From: Octopus sinensis
Taxonomy: Eukaryota
DNA: 64,000 nt
Assembly (NCBI RefSeq): GCF_006345805.1
Contig: NC_043025.1
Span: 8,494,001 to 8,558,000, forward strand
Reading direction: 5' to 3'
Under the pieces are notes generated by a model. The model searched no databases, was not told the origin of the DNA, and saw only the letters and a program-made list of their open reading frames with translations. Made by a program: the position numbers and the translations under genes. Within the stretch, counting starts at the first letter, position 1. The number at the start of each line of letters is the position of its first letter. Positions 1 through 12,899 of the stretch are shown one piece after another.

Positions 1-256
1 GGCAAGTATACCTCACACATATATATATATATATATATATTGATGGTGATGATGATGATACATGTATATTATATATGTGTGTATATATGTATGTATATAT
101 AAGATTCATCTCCTTTTCTTATTCAAATTATCTATGTATATACAACATTCTTTATCCTCACTTCTTATTCAAATCATTCATACACACACACACACACAAT
201 TTGAATAAGAGAAGAAGAGGAGATTCTTTCAGTTTCCTTCCCTCCAGCTGAGATCA

Positions 257-451
257 CTAAAATTTCATAGAAAATATCTTGGCAATCCTGTGAGCTTCCT
301 CATGAGAGGGTGGGTGGTGGTAGTTCTGTGGTAGCTTCTGATTATTGGTTTCCCTTTCAGACACCTGATCAGCATTTGGCCGTGACAGCTTATTGACCAA
401 TTCCTTCCTTGCTTCCACCTGGCCGTCCTGCCTTGTTTGGTCAAAGGTGTC
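257..451 (-). CDS. C2CD3: C2CD3 last coding exon (19 of 19 in window), DTFDQ...EEAHRIAKIFSMKF*
   Basis: AG acceptor at 452-453, phase 0, TAG at 257-259. C-terminal EEAHRIAKIFS resembles the vertebrate C2CD3 ending (EETLRIARIFS, recalled). Confidence 0.88.
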   Translation of the reverse strand, partial: DTFDQTRQDGQVEARKELVNKLSRPNADQVSERETNNQKLPQNYHHPPSHEEAHRIAKIFSMKF

Positions 452-633
452 CTGTAAAGCAAAACTGCTTTAATGAGAAATTAAATTCAGAAAAATTTTG
501 CATTTTTTATCCCAGCCCTTCATTGTCACCCTTCCCTCTACATCACTTTTCCCTAACAGGGACCCTTACTGCATGCCAGTACAGACAGTATACTCCTCTT
601 AAATATATACTAGCTTAACAGCTTTTAATCCTG

Positions 634-867
634 AAAGCGGCAAACTGGCAGAAACGTTAGCACGTTGGGCAAAATGCATAACCGTATTTCATCTGCCGTT
701 ACATTGTGAGTTCAAATTCCGCCGAGGTCGACTTTACCTTTCATCCTTTCGGGGTCGATAAATTAAGTACCAGTTACGCACTGGGATCTATGTAATCGAC
801 TTAATACCTATGTCTGTTCTTGTTTGTTCCCTCTATGTTTAGCCCCTTGTGGGTAATAAAGAAATAG
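634..867 (+). mobile_element. Deu/Nin-domain-like SINE monomer
   Basis: Same family as the 14957 array. Other copies: 17522-17924 (dimer), 21188-21420, 29150-29320, 30585-30997 (dimer), 51228-51461, 52035-52450 (dimer). Confidence 0.8.
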
Positions 868-870
868 CTT

Positions 871-1099
871 TTAACCCTTTCATTACCAACCCGGATGAAT
901 CCAGCTCTGACTCTGAGAACAAATGTCTTGTTTTCATAAGTTTTGAATTAAAATCTTCCACCAAACCTTAGTCACAATTTATGTTCCTAACACTGACTGA
1001 ATGATAACTAAGTTATTTTATTAAATTCTTTGCTATATTTAAAATTAATTGAAAGAAACACAGAGCATCTCAGCAGAAATACAGTAACGAAAAGGTTAA
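871..1099. mobile_element. TTAA-flanked piggyBac-like MITE, family 1 (about 230 bp)
   Basis: TTAA-CCCTTTC.TTAC ... GTAACGAAA.GG-TTAA. Copies at 13048-13277, 13294-13510, 29664-29893; partials at 11726, 12490-13031, 29910. Confidence 0.78.
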
Positions 1100-1248
1100 G
1101 CTAGCTCCTTAGGTTCCATAACTTAGCAACTCAATAAACAGGGCAATACAAATTAAGTACAACATAGTAATAAATACTAGGATCGATATGATCAACTAAA
1201 CCCTTTTTATTAGTTTTTTGGTAGGGTTGCAGTCTAAGGACTGGCAAA

Positions 1249-1880
1249 TCATCATCATCATCATTTAACATCCGCTTTCCATGCTAGCAGGGGTTGGACG
1301 ATTTGAGTGAGGTCTGGCAAACCAGACTCCAATCTGATCTGGCAGAGTTTCTACAGCTGGATGCCCTTCCTAACGCCAACCACTCCGAGAGTGTAGTGGG
1401 TGCTTTTACGTCCCACCGGCACGAGGGCCAGTTTGGTGGTACTGGCAACGGCCACGTACAAATGGTGCTTTTTACGTGCCACCTGTGCAGGAGCCAGTCC
1501 AGCGGCACTGGCGACGTCCTCGCTCGAATGTTTCATGTGCGACCAACACAAGTGCTAGTAAGGCGGCGCGGTAACGATCATGCTCGAATGGTATGCTTAA
1601 CGTGTCACCGGCACGAAGGCCAGTTTGGTGGTACTGGCAATGGCCACGTCCAAATGGTGCTTTTTATGTTCCACCTGCAGAGGAGCCAGTCCAGTGACAC
1701 TGGCGAAGTCCTTGCTCAAATGTTTCACGTACCACCAGTACAAGTACTAGTAAGGCAACGCGGTAACGATCACGCACGAATGGTGTGCTTAACGTTCCAC
1801 CGGTACGAAGGCCAGTTTGTTGCCCAGGTAATGATCTCACTCGTATGGTACTCTTAGCGCTCCACTAGCAACGGATGTCG
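1249..1880 (-). mobile_element. RTE 3'-UTR copy with internal tandem modules
   Basis: (cat)n-ttaacatccgctttccatgc...ctacagctggatgcccttcctaacgccaaccac. Further copies at about 5335-5820, 5860-6114, 9725-10155, 14380-14690, 19915-20255, 20358-20810, 21500-21920, 21945-22195, 22710-23283, 40043-40375, 47630-48195, 48712-48930, 51010-51590, 52605-53100, 55860-56300, 61900-62030, 63775-64000. Confidence 0.8.
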
Positions 1881-1911
1881 GTCACCAAGGAAAAGAATAA
1901 AACTCACTCAC

Positions 1912-3095
1912 CATCACTGTCTTGTAGGTTGACATGGCAGTGTTTATCCTCACGGCTCTCATGGACTGCTCCAAGTCAGGAAGGGGCAAGAAGAAATTAG
2001 TGGAGGCCAGACGGCTGAGGGGGGCAGTTTTTGAGGGAAATGCTTTGGTTAGGTTGATCGTCGAGGCTGCATTGGTGCGACAAGGTTCAAGAACTTCTGA
2101 CGCATCGAAAGCAACATTACTGCCCATAATATTGCTGGTGGTGGTCATGCGGAGCGGAAGCGGTTGTGGATGGGAGAAATGGGACGGAACAGTTTGTAGA
2201 GGCTGTGAATAAGGCCCTTGGGGTTGCTCAGATTTCGCAGTGTCTGGAATCGGTCCCTGTAGAGATGTGGTTTCTCTCTGCAGCACAAAATGACTGTCAT
2301 CTGGCATCCCTGAAGGGGTTTGACTTGCGGATCCCTCGTGTTTGTAGGGCTCCACAAAAGGGGTTTCATTTTGCAATGTTACTGATAAAGAGGACTCAGC
2401 TAATGAAGACAAAAACATTGGACCCGTTGTATTGTCAGGGGACAGGAAAGATAGGTTGGCATCCTCAAAGGACCCGTGCTGAAGTGCTGCGTTTTCAGAG
2501 CAAATGAGTGGTGTTGAGATGACTGTGGGGGTGGTAGTGTGAGCAGTGGTGGCTGTCGTGATGGCATTAACAGTGTTGGAGGTAGTAGCCGCATCAGTGG
2601 GGATGGTAGTAATGCTAGTGGTGGTGGTGGTGGTGGCTGTTGTGGTGGTCATCTCAGTGAATTTGAGGAGATGGTCTTTAAAATGTCCGGCTATTCTATG
2701 GAAGTCCGCAAGGATCTCCTCTGTTTGGAACTCGTGCAAAGAATTCTGAGTACAAGAGTTATCAGGAATAACCAGGTGGCAGCACTGGTTGTTGCTGTTG
2801 TTCTCGTTGTTAGGGTGAGGGTGTTGGTGCTGGGAATGTGGTTGTTGCTGTTGTTGTTGTTGGTGGTGGTGGTGGTGGTTGTAGCGGGTAGCATCGTCGC
2901 TTGACACTATCTGGACAATAGCCGAAGGATCATCGAAGTGGTACTGGCTCCCTTCTGGAATAGATGACACATCGTTCACCAGACGGGGAACAATAATGCT
3001 TCCTTCTTCCTCCTCCTCCTCCTCATCATCATCATCATTGTAATCTTTTTCATCATCATCATCATCATCATCATCAACATCCTCATTACCACCAC

Positions 3096-3126
<31 letters not shown>

Positions 3127-3994
3127 GTCATCACTGTCATCTCCCAAGACGATGACATTGTCGGAGTCTGCCAGATCCGGTTTGTGCTCATAATCAAACC
3201 CCGACTCCACTGTTCTGTCACAATCGTTGCCCTTATTGTTGTTTTCTGTGTCTGCAGCTGGAGAGATCCCTGGATCTAACTCCAGACTGATCCCAGCGCC
3301 TCCACGAACGGAACATTCCGGATCTCCTTCGCCACCGGTGGGTGTGGGGGTGGAGAGCAACTCAGTGAGAAGTGCCATGCTCTTCTTTTGTTGAAGGTTC
3401 TCTTTGGGAAGAGTTTGTTGTTGTTGCTGATGTGGTGGTGGTGGTGGTGATAAAGCTTGACCAAAAGAGGCAGAACCCCTTTCCCCTAGCAGAGGGTCCA
3501 CACCAAAACTCTGGGATTGTCTAGAGTCAGAAGTAACGACCCCGTTGCTTCTTAGAGTCCCAGGGTTTGTACTAGTGTGCGGCAATGACATTATCACAGG
3601 GGAAGGGCTCAGCTCTGACCCCTTGTTTAACTCAATATTCTCCTTCTCTCCAGCTTCCCCATCAGAGGTTACGTCCAGTAAATCGACAGCATCTCTTTGT
3701 GATGCTGAAGATGTGTCCTGCAGTGAAGACAAAGTGAAATCTGATTGGCTGGTTGGGATAGAAAACAGATTCTTCTTACACTTGTGGCTTTTGTTGCTGT
3801 TACTGTTGTTGTTGTTGTTGTTGTTGAGGGAACTGGATTTTGTTGTAGTAGTTGTTGTTGTTGTTGTTGATGTTAATGTTGGTGGTGGAGGTGGCACCAC
3901 AGTTTTGTATCGAGCAGCACCAGCAGCAGAAATGTTTGGACTGAGTTTAGACAGGAGGGCGTGGTTCATCTGGTCAAGCTCCATCATCTGCTCC
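1912..3994 (-). CDS. C2CD3: C2CD3 exon 18: 2083-bp low-complexity exon
   Basis: Acceptor ttttcag at 3995, donor ATG|gtgagt at 1911; phase 2 in, 0 out. Conserved-looking REQMMELDQM and NFFLPLPDLEQSMR motifs flank poly-T/N/Q/D/E/H runs (ORF 1882..3987). Confidence 0.88.
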
Positions 3995-4004
3995 CTGAAA
4001 AAGA

Positions 4005-4036
4005 GAAAGAGATGTGAGAGAGATCTATAGATAGAT

Positions 4037-4070
<34 letters not shown>

Positions 4071-4282
4071 TTATAGATAGGAGGGAGAGAGAGAGAGAGA
4101 GAGAGAGGTGACAGATTTATAGATAGATAAGGAAGGAGGCATATAAATGAGAGATTTATAGATAGATAAGGGGAGAGAAAGAGAAAGAGAGATGACAGAT
4201 TTATAGATAGATAAGGGGGAGAGAGAGAAAGAGAGGAATATATGAGAGATTTATAGGTAGATAAAGGGAAAGAGAGAGAGAA
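4005..4282. repeat. GA-rich repeat with gagatttatagatagataag units
   Basis: Visible; forms a long pyrimidine tract upstream of the exon 18 acceptor on the minus strand. Confidence 0.85.
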
Positions 4283-5816
4283 AATTATATTTACAAAGTT
4301 ATTTCGTATTAAAGTAGTCGTATTTCGGTAATTTCAACCAATCAATGACGTGTATTCAGCTGAATAAAACTTATATTTACGAAGTAATTTCACGTCAAAG
4401 TTGTCCTATTTCGGTAATTTCAACCAATCAATGACGTGTATTCAGCTGAATAAAATTACAGCCGTTGTTTGTCAACAACAGCTATCAGCGGTGTATTTTT
4501 CATTTGTCATGGTTATTTATGACATCGTTTGTGCGTTTGTACTGGTTTTAGGGTTAGGATTAATGTTGTCATAAATAACAGTGACAAACGAACTATACAC
4601 CGCCAGAAGTTGTTGTTGACAAACAACAGCAGTAATTTTATTCAGCTGAATACACGTCATTGATTGGTTGAAATTACTGAAATACATCAACTTTAAGGTG
4701 AAATAACTTCTTAAATATAAGTTTTTCTCAAAAATGCTAAGAGTAAAAGATGTTTTATATGACAAAATTATTTTTTAAATCTGTCGGTCAAAGGGTAAAG
4801 GTCCCAACCATGTTGGTTGACTGTGTTAGTTCAACTTGTGTTAGTTTAACAGTCGGTCATTGAACAGTGAATAGTATCGTACCTATTTTCGAGAAACACA
4901 GAGTGTGTTCTGTGTTAACATACATTTCTGCGATAGGTTATTTTTAAATAACCACAACCATCTATTTTCCCTTCTCAAGCCATGCCTGGCTCATAAGGGC
5001 CAGTTTCCTAGTTTCCTTGGCGTATAGGTTCCTCACCTGGACGAGATGCCGGTCCGTCGCAGGTGAGCTGCGAGAAAGTTTTGGGGGAAAGAGTCAGCAG
5101 AAGTTTGCCATTACCTTCTGCTGGAGCCGCGTGGAGCTTAGGTGTTTCGCTCATAAACACACACATCGCCCGGTCTGAGATTCGAACCCGCGATCTCTCA
5201 ACCGCGAGTCTGTTGCTCTAACCACTAGGCCATGAGCCTCCACACCATCTATTTATTTGTGGAATACCATTTTACACCAGACGTGTATATTCACATCATA
5301 GCATTAGGTAAAAGATGAAAGAAAATCAAAATCAATTCAATGACTGGCATCCGTGCTAGCAGGGTGCAAAGAGCACCATACGAGTGTGATCGTTGACAGA
5401 GCAGCTATTCGAGTATGATCATTACCAGCGTCACCTTACTGGCACTTATGCCTGTGCTTGTAGGGTGCCAAGAACACCATTCGAGCGTGATCGTTGTCAG
5501 AGCAGCCAACTGGCTTCCGTACCCGTGGCACGTAAAAGGGCACCATTCGAGCATGATCATTACCAATGACCTCGCTTGCTCGAATCTTTTTACACGTGTA
5601 AAAAGATTCGAGCGAGGTCATTGCCAGTACCGCCTGACTGGCCCCTGTGCCGGTGGCATGTAAGAAGCAACCACTACACTCTCGGAGTGGTTGGCGTTAG
5701 GAAGGGCATCCAGCTGTAGAAACCCTGCCAGATCAAGATTGGACCCTGGTGCAGCTATCAATCAAATCGTCCAACCCATGCCAGCAGGGAAAGCGGACAT
5801 TAAACAATGATGATGA

Positions 5817-5866
<50 letters not shown>

Positions 5867-6133
5867 CACTATCCAAACGTAGCCGATGCCAGCGCTGCCG
5901 GACTGGCTCCTGTGCCAGTGGCTCATAAAAAGCACCATCCGAATGTTGTCAATGCCAGCTCCCTCGTCCCGACTGGCTTTTGTGCCGGTGGCACATAAAA
6001 AGCACCCATTACACTCAAGATTGGAGCCTGGTGCAGCCATCTGGTTCGCCAGTCCTCAGTCAAATCGTCCAACCCATGCCAGCATGGAAAGCGGATTTTA
6101 AACGATGATGATGACAAAACCTCAACTACTCAC

Positions 6134-6345
6134 CTGAGCTTCACTTTGAGGTCCCCTTGGGCCGAGGCAGTAAACTGGAAGGTTGGAAGTTCTAATGCCA
6201 GGGTGTTCCTGGCAGACATTTGGCTCTGCTGCTTCAACATTTCGTGGTGTCGCTTCACGTTCTCATAGTGTTCTTCAAAGTGGGGTAACTTGGTGTTGCT
6301 GGTGGTGGCGGTCATGGATGGACATTTTGCGGACACTTGCTTCCC
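6134..6345 (-). CDS. C2CD3: C2CD3 exon 17, GKQVS...FEEHYENVKRHHEML...KVKLR
   Basis: acag acceptor, AG|gtgag donor; 212 bp, phase 0 to 2, matches the next exon. Confidence 0.85.
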
Positions 6346-6569
6346 CTGTATGATGATGATGATGATGATGGGTGGGTTGGAGGGGGAGTGGTGATGGGGT
6401 AGTAGAAGAATGGTGGGATGGTCGTGGTTGGGGTGGAGAGAGAAAATAATTTTGAAATGTTAAACAATTATTATAATTTGATTTACATACTCTCTCTCTC
6501 TCATTGACTCTCTCTCTCTCTCTAACAATCTATCTACCTTCTCTCTCTCTCTCCCTATCAACCTCTAGT

Positions 6570-6603
<34 letters not shown>

Positions 6604-6962
6604 AAGCCACCTTTTATCAATTCAAAATGAACAATTAAATTACACCATCCAGAAAATTACATACAATAGAAATATTAACATTAAAATAACAATAAAATGT
6701 CAAAGATTAAGTAAATAGCAAAAAAAAAATAATAATAACGTATATAAATTGTGTGTATATATATATATATATATAAAACGGGAAGGTTTACGAAAATAAA
6801 CAAAAGACGAAGGCAGGTGGAGTACAAACAAACAATGTATTAGTATTATATATATATATATAATTGTATACATATATATATATATAATGTGTGTGGTGTG
6901 TGTATATGGAAAAAAAAAAAATCAAGGTAGAAAATGCTAAAATAATTTTATGAAAAACATTT

Positions 6963-6998
6963 CAGTACCGGTTTCAGTCATTGAGACTTCTTCAACTG
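6963..6998 (-). ncRNA. Minimal type I hammerhead ribozyme motif (C3U variant)
   Basis: cag UUGAAGA aguc-ucaau-gacu GAAA ccgg UA cug: all three stems pair. Confidence 0.6.
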
Positions 6999-8059
6999 TA
7001 AGTATGGAAAACAATTAAATTTTAGAAAAATTAAAAGAAAAGTTTTTTTAAAAGAATATTTGTATATTGTTCAAATACAAGTGCCATTTTCCTTGTTTCC
7101 GCCTTTCTCTGTCTCTCTTATTTACTCTTGTGGGTTTGAGGTTGTTGTTGTTGTGTGTGTGTGTGTGTGTGTATATATTATCTCTCTCTCTCTATATATA
7201 TATACACACACACACACACACATATAATTCCTGCTCATATACTCTTTACTCTTTTACTTGTTTCAGTCATTTGAAACAATTAATGCAGTATAATTACAAT
7301 CAACTAATAAGGGTGAGAAAATTGGATACCATCAATTTAACACCAAGTGGCTTAGTGCATAAAAACCAGGAATACAATAAAGTTTATACGTAAATATAAG
7401 AGAGTGACCACTATGTGGTCGACTCTAGCACTAAAAATAGATCCGCTACGGTTTCAGCCACGAAGAATTGTTTCCGATGAAAGTTAGCACAACTATTAGC
7501 GTAAATGAACAGGGCAAATAAAAAATAACAAAAATGCAGATTAATTAGTATCCAATTTTCTCACCCTTATTAGTTGATTGTAATTATACTGCATTTAATT
7601 TTTGATGCAGTATCTGTTTCCTTGAATTTTGGCGGGCTTTAGCGGGGGCACTTGAATTATAACGGCAAATGCAATTGACTGAACCACATGTGTGTTTATC
7701 GTTATGGTAAAATCTGGCATGCGGTTGAGTAAATTGTATTCTAGACAAATTCTGCTGAGGAGCTACAAATATGTTATGTGAATAAAATTACATAATTTAT
7801 TAATAGCGAAACAATTGCCCAGAATTAATCTGCATTTTTGTTATTTTTTATTTGCCCTGTTTGTTTACGCTAATAGTTGTGCTAACTTTCATCGGAAACA
7901 ATTCTTCGTGGCTGAAACCGTAGCGGATCTATTTTTAGTGCTAGAGTCGACCACATAGTGGTCACTCTCTTATATTTACGTATATATATATATATATATA
8001 TATATATGGTGCCCCAGCATGGCCGCGGCCTTCGGGCTAAAACATTTTTAAGGATTTAA

Positions 8060-8096
<37 letters not shown>

Positions 8097-8945
8097 AGCA
8101 TGGCTGTGTGGTTAGGGAGCTTGCTTCCTAGCTATATGGTTTCAGGTTCAGTCCCACTGCGTGGCACTCTGGGTAGGTGTCTTCCACTACAGCCCCGAGC
8201 CGACCGGAGCTTTGTGATTGAATTCGGTAGGTGGAAGTAACTGCCGTGTGTGTATGTGTGCGTATAGCTGCTCAGTGCCTCTCCGAAAGAGAGAGAGGGA
8301 TATATATATATACATATATATACATATATATACACATATATATATATATAATGATAAATCTCAGAGCGAGTTATAAACAGTAGCAGCAACACATCGTGAT
8401 GCATATTTGCCATTTGAATATGGCTAACCCCTAAGGGTGGATGCTACTGTAGTTTGTAGCCCCAGGGAGATATCTTGCTGGAGGAGATATCTTCCTGGGG
8501 GTACAAACTACAGTAGCATCCACCCTTAGAGGTTAGCCATATTCAAATGGCAAATATGCGTCACGATATATATATATCTAATTCCTGCCCAAGGGCTAAA
8601 ACCTATGGCCACTAACAATGTGCTGTATTAAAACCGAACAAAACAGTTTATTTAACAAGACAGCCCTTGTAAAGCCATCTGATGAGACACTACTGCACTG
8701 AGGGATGCCCCAAAAGGGATTGATGCAAGATGGGTCGAAACAATCGCTATGAGTAATAAAGTTTCTCGTATTTTCCATTTTTTGTCTCCATTATTTGTTT
8801 TCAAATAAATAAATTTTTAAGAAATCGATTTTCGGATGTTGGGCAGCTGTGCATACAATTACTGTGGCAGCATCTGGCAAAGCAGGCCTCCTTCAGACCC
8901 AGGCATCCACTGCCTGCCCCTGTCTCTCATTCAGTCACTTTCAAG

Positions 8946-8991
<46 letters not shown>

Positions 8992-9074
8992 TATATATAC
9001 ATATATACAACAGGCTTCTTTCAGTTTCCGTCTACCAAATCCACTCACACACACACACACCACACACACACACA

Positions 9075-9124
<50 letters not shown>

Positions 9125-10200
9125 CATATATACGACAGGCTTCTTTCAGTTTCCGTCTACCAAATCCACTCACAAGGCTTTGGTCGGCCTGGGCCTATAG
9201 CAGAAGACACTTGCCCGAGATGCCACGCAGTGGGACTGAACCCGGAACCATGTGGTTGGTTAGCAAGCTACTTACCACACAGCCACTCCTGCGCCTATGC
9301 TCATAAGTCTAGGAGAAGGTGTATATATCTAATTCCTGCCCAAGGGCTAAAACCTATGATCACTAATAACATGCTGTATTAAAACCAAGTGATGCAGGGT
9401 TTATTTAACAAGGTATCCCTTGTAAAATCCCCTGATGTTGTTTTGATCCTGGACTGGGTGATGCGTTGTGACCTTGAGCAAGACACTTCATTTCACATTG
9501 CTCCAGTCCAGTCAGCTGGCAAAACTGAATAATGTTGCAATGGGACACTGGTCCGTCCAGTAGGGAGTATATAAGCCAAAGAATCCAGGTAACCAACATT
9601 ATGAGCCCATGGCTCAGGGGTCACCTCTGATCCTTTTGATGTATTTGATATACATGGATGAGTGTGTGTGTGTGTATGGTTCAGAAAAAATCTGATCATT
9701 TTGATATATATATGGATGTGTGTGAGTGTAGTGGGTGCTTTGTATGTGCCACCTGCACAGGTGCCAGACGAGGCTGGCAGTGGCCACGATCGGATGGTGC
9801 TTTTTACGTGCCACCGGCACGGAGGCCAGTCGGGGCGGCACTGGCAACGGCCACGTTCAGATGGTTCTCTTACGTACCATCGGCACTGGTATCACCGCTA
9901 CAATTTCCATTGATGTTGATCGATTTTGATTTTGATTTTCACTTGCCTCAACAGGTCTTCACAAGTAGAGTTTTGTGTCCCAAGAAGGAAAGGTATGCAT
10001 AGGTGGGCTGGCTACGTCCCAGGTAGAGGCCACGGGTTATGGTCTCACTTGTCCTGCTGGGTCTTCCCACGCACAGCATACTTCCAAAGGTCTTGGTCTC
10101 TGGTCATTTCCTCGGTGAGACCTAAAGTTCGAAGGTCATGCTTCACCACCTCGTTTTATATATATGGACGTGTGTGTTTGAGTGTGCATGTTAGTGAATG

Positions 10201-10236
<36 letters not shown>

Positions 10237-10400
10237 CATGTATATGTTTGAATATACCAGACTGAAATGAGTCTAGATGTTGATTAACTGAAACCCTTGA
10301 AGTTTGTACTCCAGCATGGCCACTGTCCAATGCCTGAAAAAAGTTTTTAAAAAAACCCAAAAAAGCAAATAAAAAGAAAACAAGGTGAAACGTGACTTAC

Positions 10401-10472
10401 TGCTTGCTGTGCCAGGTGAGTGGTGAGGCGGCGCCAGTAATGGTCCATTGATTCCATGGGTGTCACACTTAA
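10401..10472 (-). CDS. C2CD3: C2CD3 exon 16, LSVTPMESMDHYWRRLTTHLAQQA
   Basis: gatcag acceptor, gtaagt donor, 72 bp phase 0/0; supplies the last strand of the C2 domain. Confidence 0.85.
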
Positions 10473-11013
10473 CTGATCGAACAACACAATGTCACAGGTA
10501 GATGGGCAGACAGGGGGGTCAGGTGAGAAAAAGAGAGAAAAATCAAGAATCAGGAAATCAATCAATTATTTACTCAAACAGATCAATATTTCCTACACAA
10601 CTATCTCTCTTACCCTCTTTTACTTCTTTCAGTCATTTGATTGTGGCCATGCAGGAGCACCACCTTTATTCGAGCACATCGACCCCAGGATTTATTCTTT
10701 GTAAGCCTAGTACTTATTCTATCGGTCTCTCTTTTGCCGAACCGCTAAGTTATGGGGACGTAAACACACCAGCATCAGGTGTCAAGCTATGTTGGGGGGG
10801 ACAAACACAGACACACAAGCATATACACACACATACATATATATATATACATGACAGGCTTCTTTCAGTTTCCATCTACCAAATCCACTCACAAGGATTT
10901 GGTCGGCCCGAGGCTATAATAGAAGACACTTGCCCAAGGTGCCACGCAGTGGGACTGAACCCAGAACCATGTGGTTGGTAATCAAGCTACTTACCACACA
11001 GCCACTCCTATGC

Positions 11014-11050
<37 letters not shown>

Positions 11051-11814
11051 GACAGGCTTTTTTCAGTTTCCATCAACCAAATCCACTCACAAGGATTTGG
11101 TCGGCCTGAGGCTATAGTAGAAGACACTTGCCCAAGGTGCCACACAGGGGGACTGAACCCGGAACCATGTGGTTCGTAAGCAAGTTATTACCACACAGCC
11201 ATTCCTATGCCTAATATATATATATATATTATATATATATATATATATATACATATATATGACAGGCTTCTTTCAGTTTCCATCTACCAAATCCACTCAC
11301 AAGGATTTGGTCAGCCCGAGGCTATAGTAGAAGACAATTGCCCAAGGTGACACACAGTGGGACTGAACCCGGAAGCATGTGGTTCATAAGCAAGCTACTT
11401 ACCACACAGCCACTCTTATGCCTATCTCTATAATTTCTTCATTATTAAACCAACAAAGAAGGCCTCTACACAGTTACTGAACTTGTTAAAAATAACACAC
11501 AATATCCCCTCAAATTGCATCCTGTCATCTTAATTAAAGACAGATGCATTTGCTAATGTAGTTTGTAATATACAGAAAGAGGGGATGATCACAGCCGGAA
11601 TGTCTTTGATCTGACATCTTCTCAGTCAGAGGGAGTTAAACAATGATCACAACACCACCAACAGATTAGATCAGAGGTTCCTAACCTGTGGTTCGCAAAA
11701 GTACTACTGGGGGTCCGTGAACATGTTAACCCTTTCGTTACCGTATTTATTTTGAGATGTGGCTGTTTCTGACAAAAAAAATTTCGCTTTCATGTAAAAT
11801 AGCTATATTTTGTA

Positions 11815-12243
11815 GTCATGGCTGTGTGGTAAGTAGCTTGCTCATCAGCCACATGGTTCCGGGTTCAGTCCCACTGCATGGCATCTTGAGCAAGTGTCTT
11901 CTGCTATAGCCCCGGGCCAACCAATGCCTTGTGAGTGGATTTGGTAGACGGAAACTGAAAGAAGCCTGTCGTATATATGTATATATACATATATGTATGT
12001 GTGTGTATGTGTTTGTGTGTCTGTGTTTGTGTGCCTGTGTTTGTCTCCCTATCATTGCTTGACAACCGATGCTGGTGTGTTTACGTCCCCGTCACTTAGC
12101 GGTTCGGCAAAAGAGACTGATAGAATAAGTACTGGGCTTACAAAGAATAAGTCCCGGGGTCGATTTGCTTGACTAAAGGCGGTGCTCCAGCATGGCCGCA
12201 GTCAAATGACTGAAACAAGTAAAAGAGTAAAAGAGTAAAGAGT
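11815..12243 (+). mobile_element. tRNA-derived CORE-like SINE, full length
   Basis: A box tggctgtgtgg, B box ggttcagtccc, CORE-like cttg(g/a)gcaagtgtctt, internal (TA/TG)n, (gtaaaaga)n tail. Copies at about 8095-8250, 9133-9300, 10615-11425, 23420-23710, 25895-26060, 40484-40887, 41668-42073, 44912-45517, 46525-46730, 48200-48365, 55120-55545, 58350-58760, 59625-60015, 62763-63160. Confidence 0.85.
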
Positions 12244-12537
12244 ATTATCCATAATCTACTTCCAAAACACTTCAGTAGCTCTACTTTGCATCGCTTGCAA
12301 ACTTATACATTCTATGATCATTAAAATGCAATGACCTCCACAATAACCAGCCTTCAATTTGATTTTCTATTCCCAGGTTAATCGGAAACTTATATTGGCG
12401 TGCTACTCATAAACTTTCTTGGTTGTTCAATTATTTGGTGAAAAAATACCACCAAAGCAACTTAAACCGTCCAAAGGATGGATGTATTTGCTGGTTTTAA
12501 ATATAACAAAGAATTTATTAAAATAACTTAGTTATCA

Positions 12538-12899
12538 CTAGCACTATGACCCGGCTAGTGCATGCATATACAGCTGCGTGCGTGCGCACATACAAGCGAG
12601 TACTGTCCAAATCTCCGACCAGTCACATACAGCTAGCTGGCATTCAATTGGTATATCAAGTTTCATGCATTTTGATTGGGTTTTGGACAGAAAATTCACA
12701 AAAAAGTCACTTCTATTGATTTTTTAATGGCTTTGCAGGGTGACTGGGGAAATGTAAAGATGTGCACGACCACCCTTGGACGGTTTTGAATGACCATAGA
12801 AAGTGCGAGCCCTCTAACTGAAAACTTGTGGATTTGTATAAAGGACACACACACACACATGCACACACAGACAGACATTTTGCTGTTTATATATAGAGA
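12538..12899 (-). mobile_element. Non-autonomous Helitron, family H2
   Basis: 5' TC, 3' CTAG, inserted between A and T of a MITE (ttatca|ttaagc) without TSD; second copy at 62194-62579. Confidence 0.8.

Noticed and set aside
1882-3987. Stand-alone single-exon 701-aa gene
   Set aside because: Flanked by splice sites in phase with C2CD3 exons 17 and 19.
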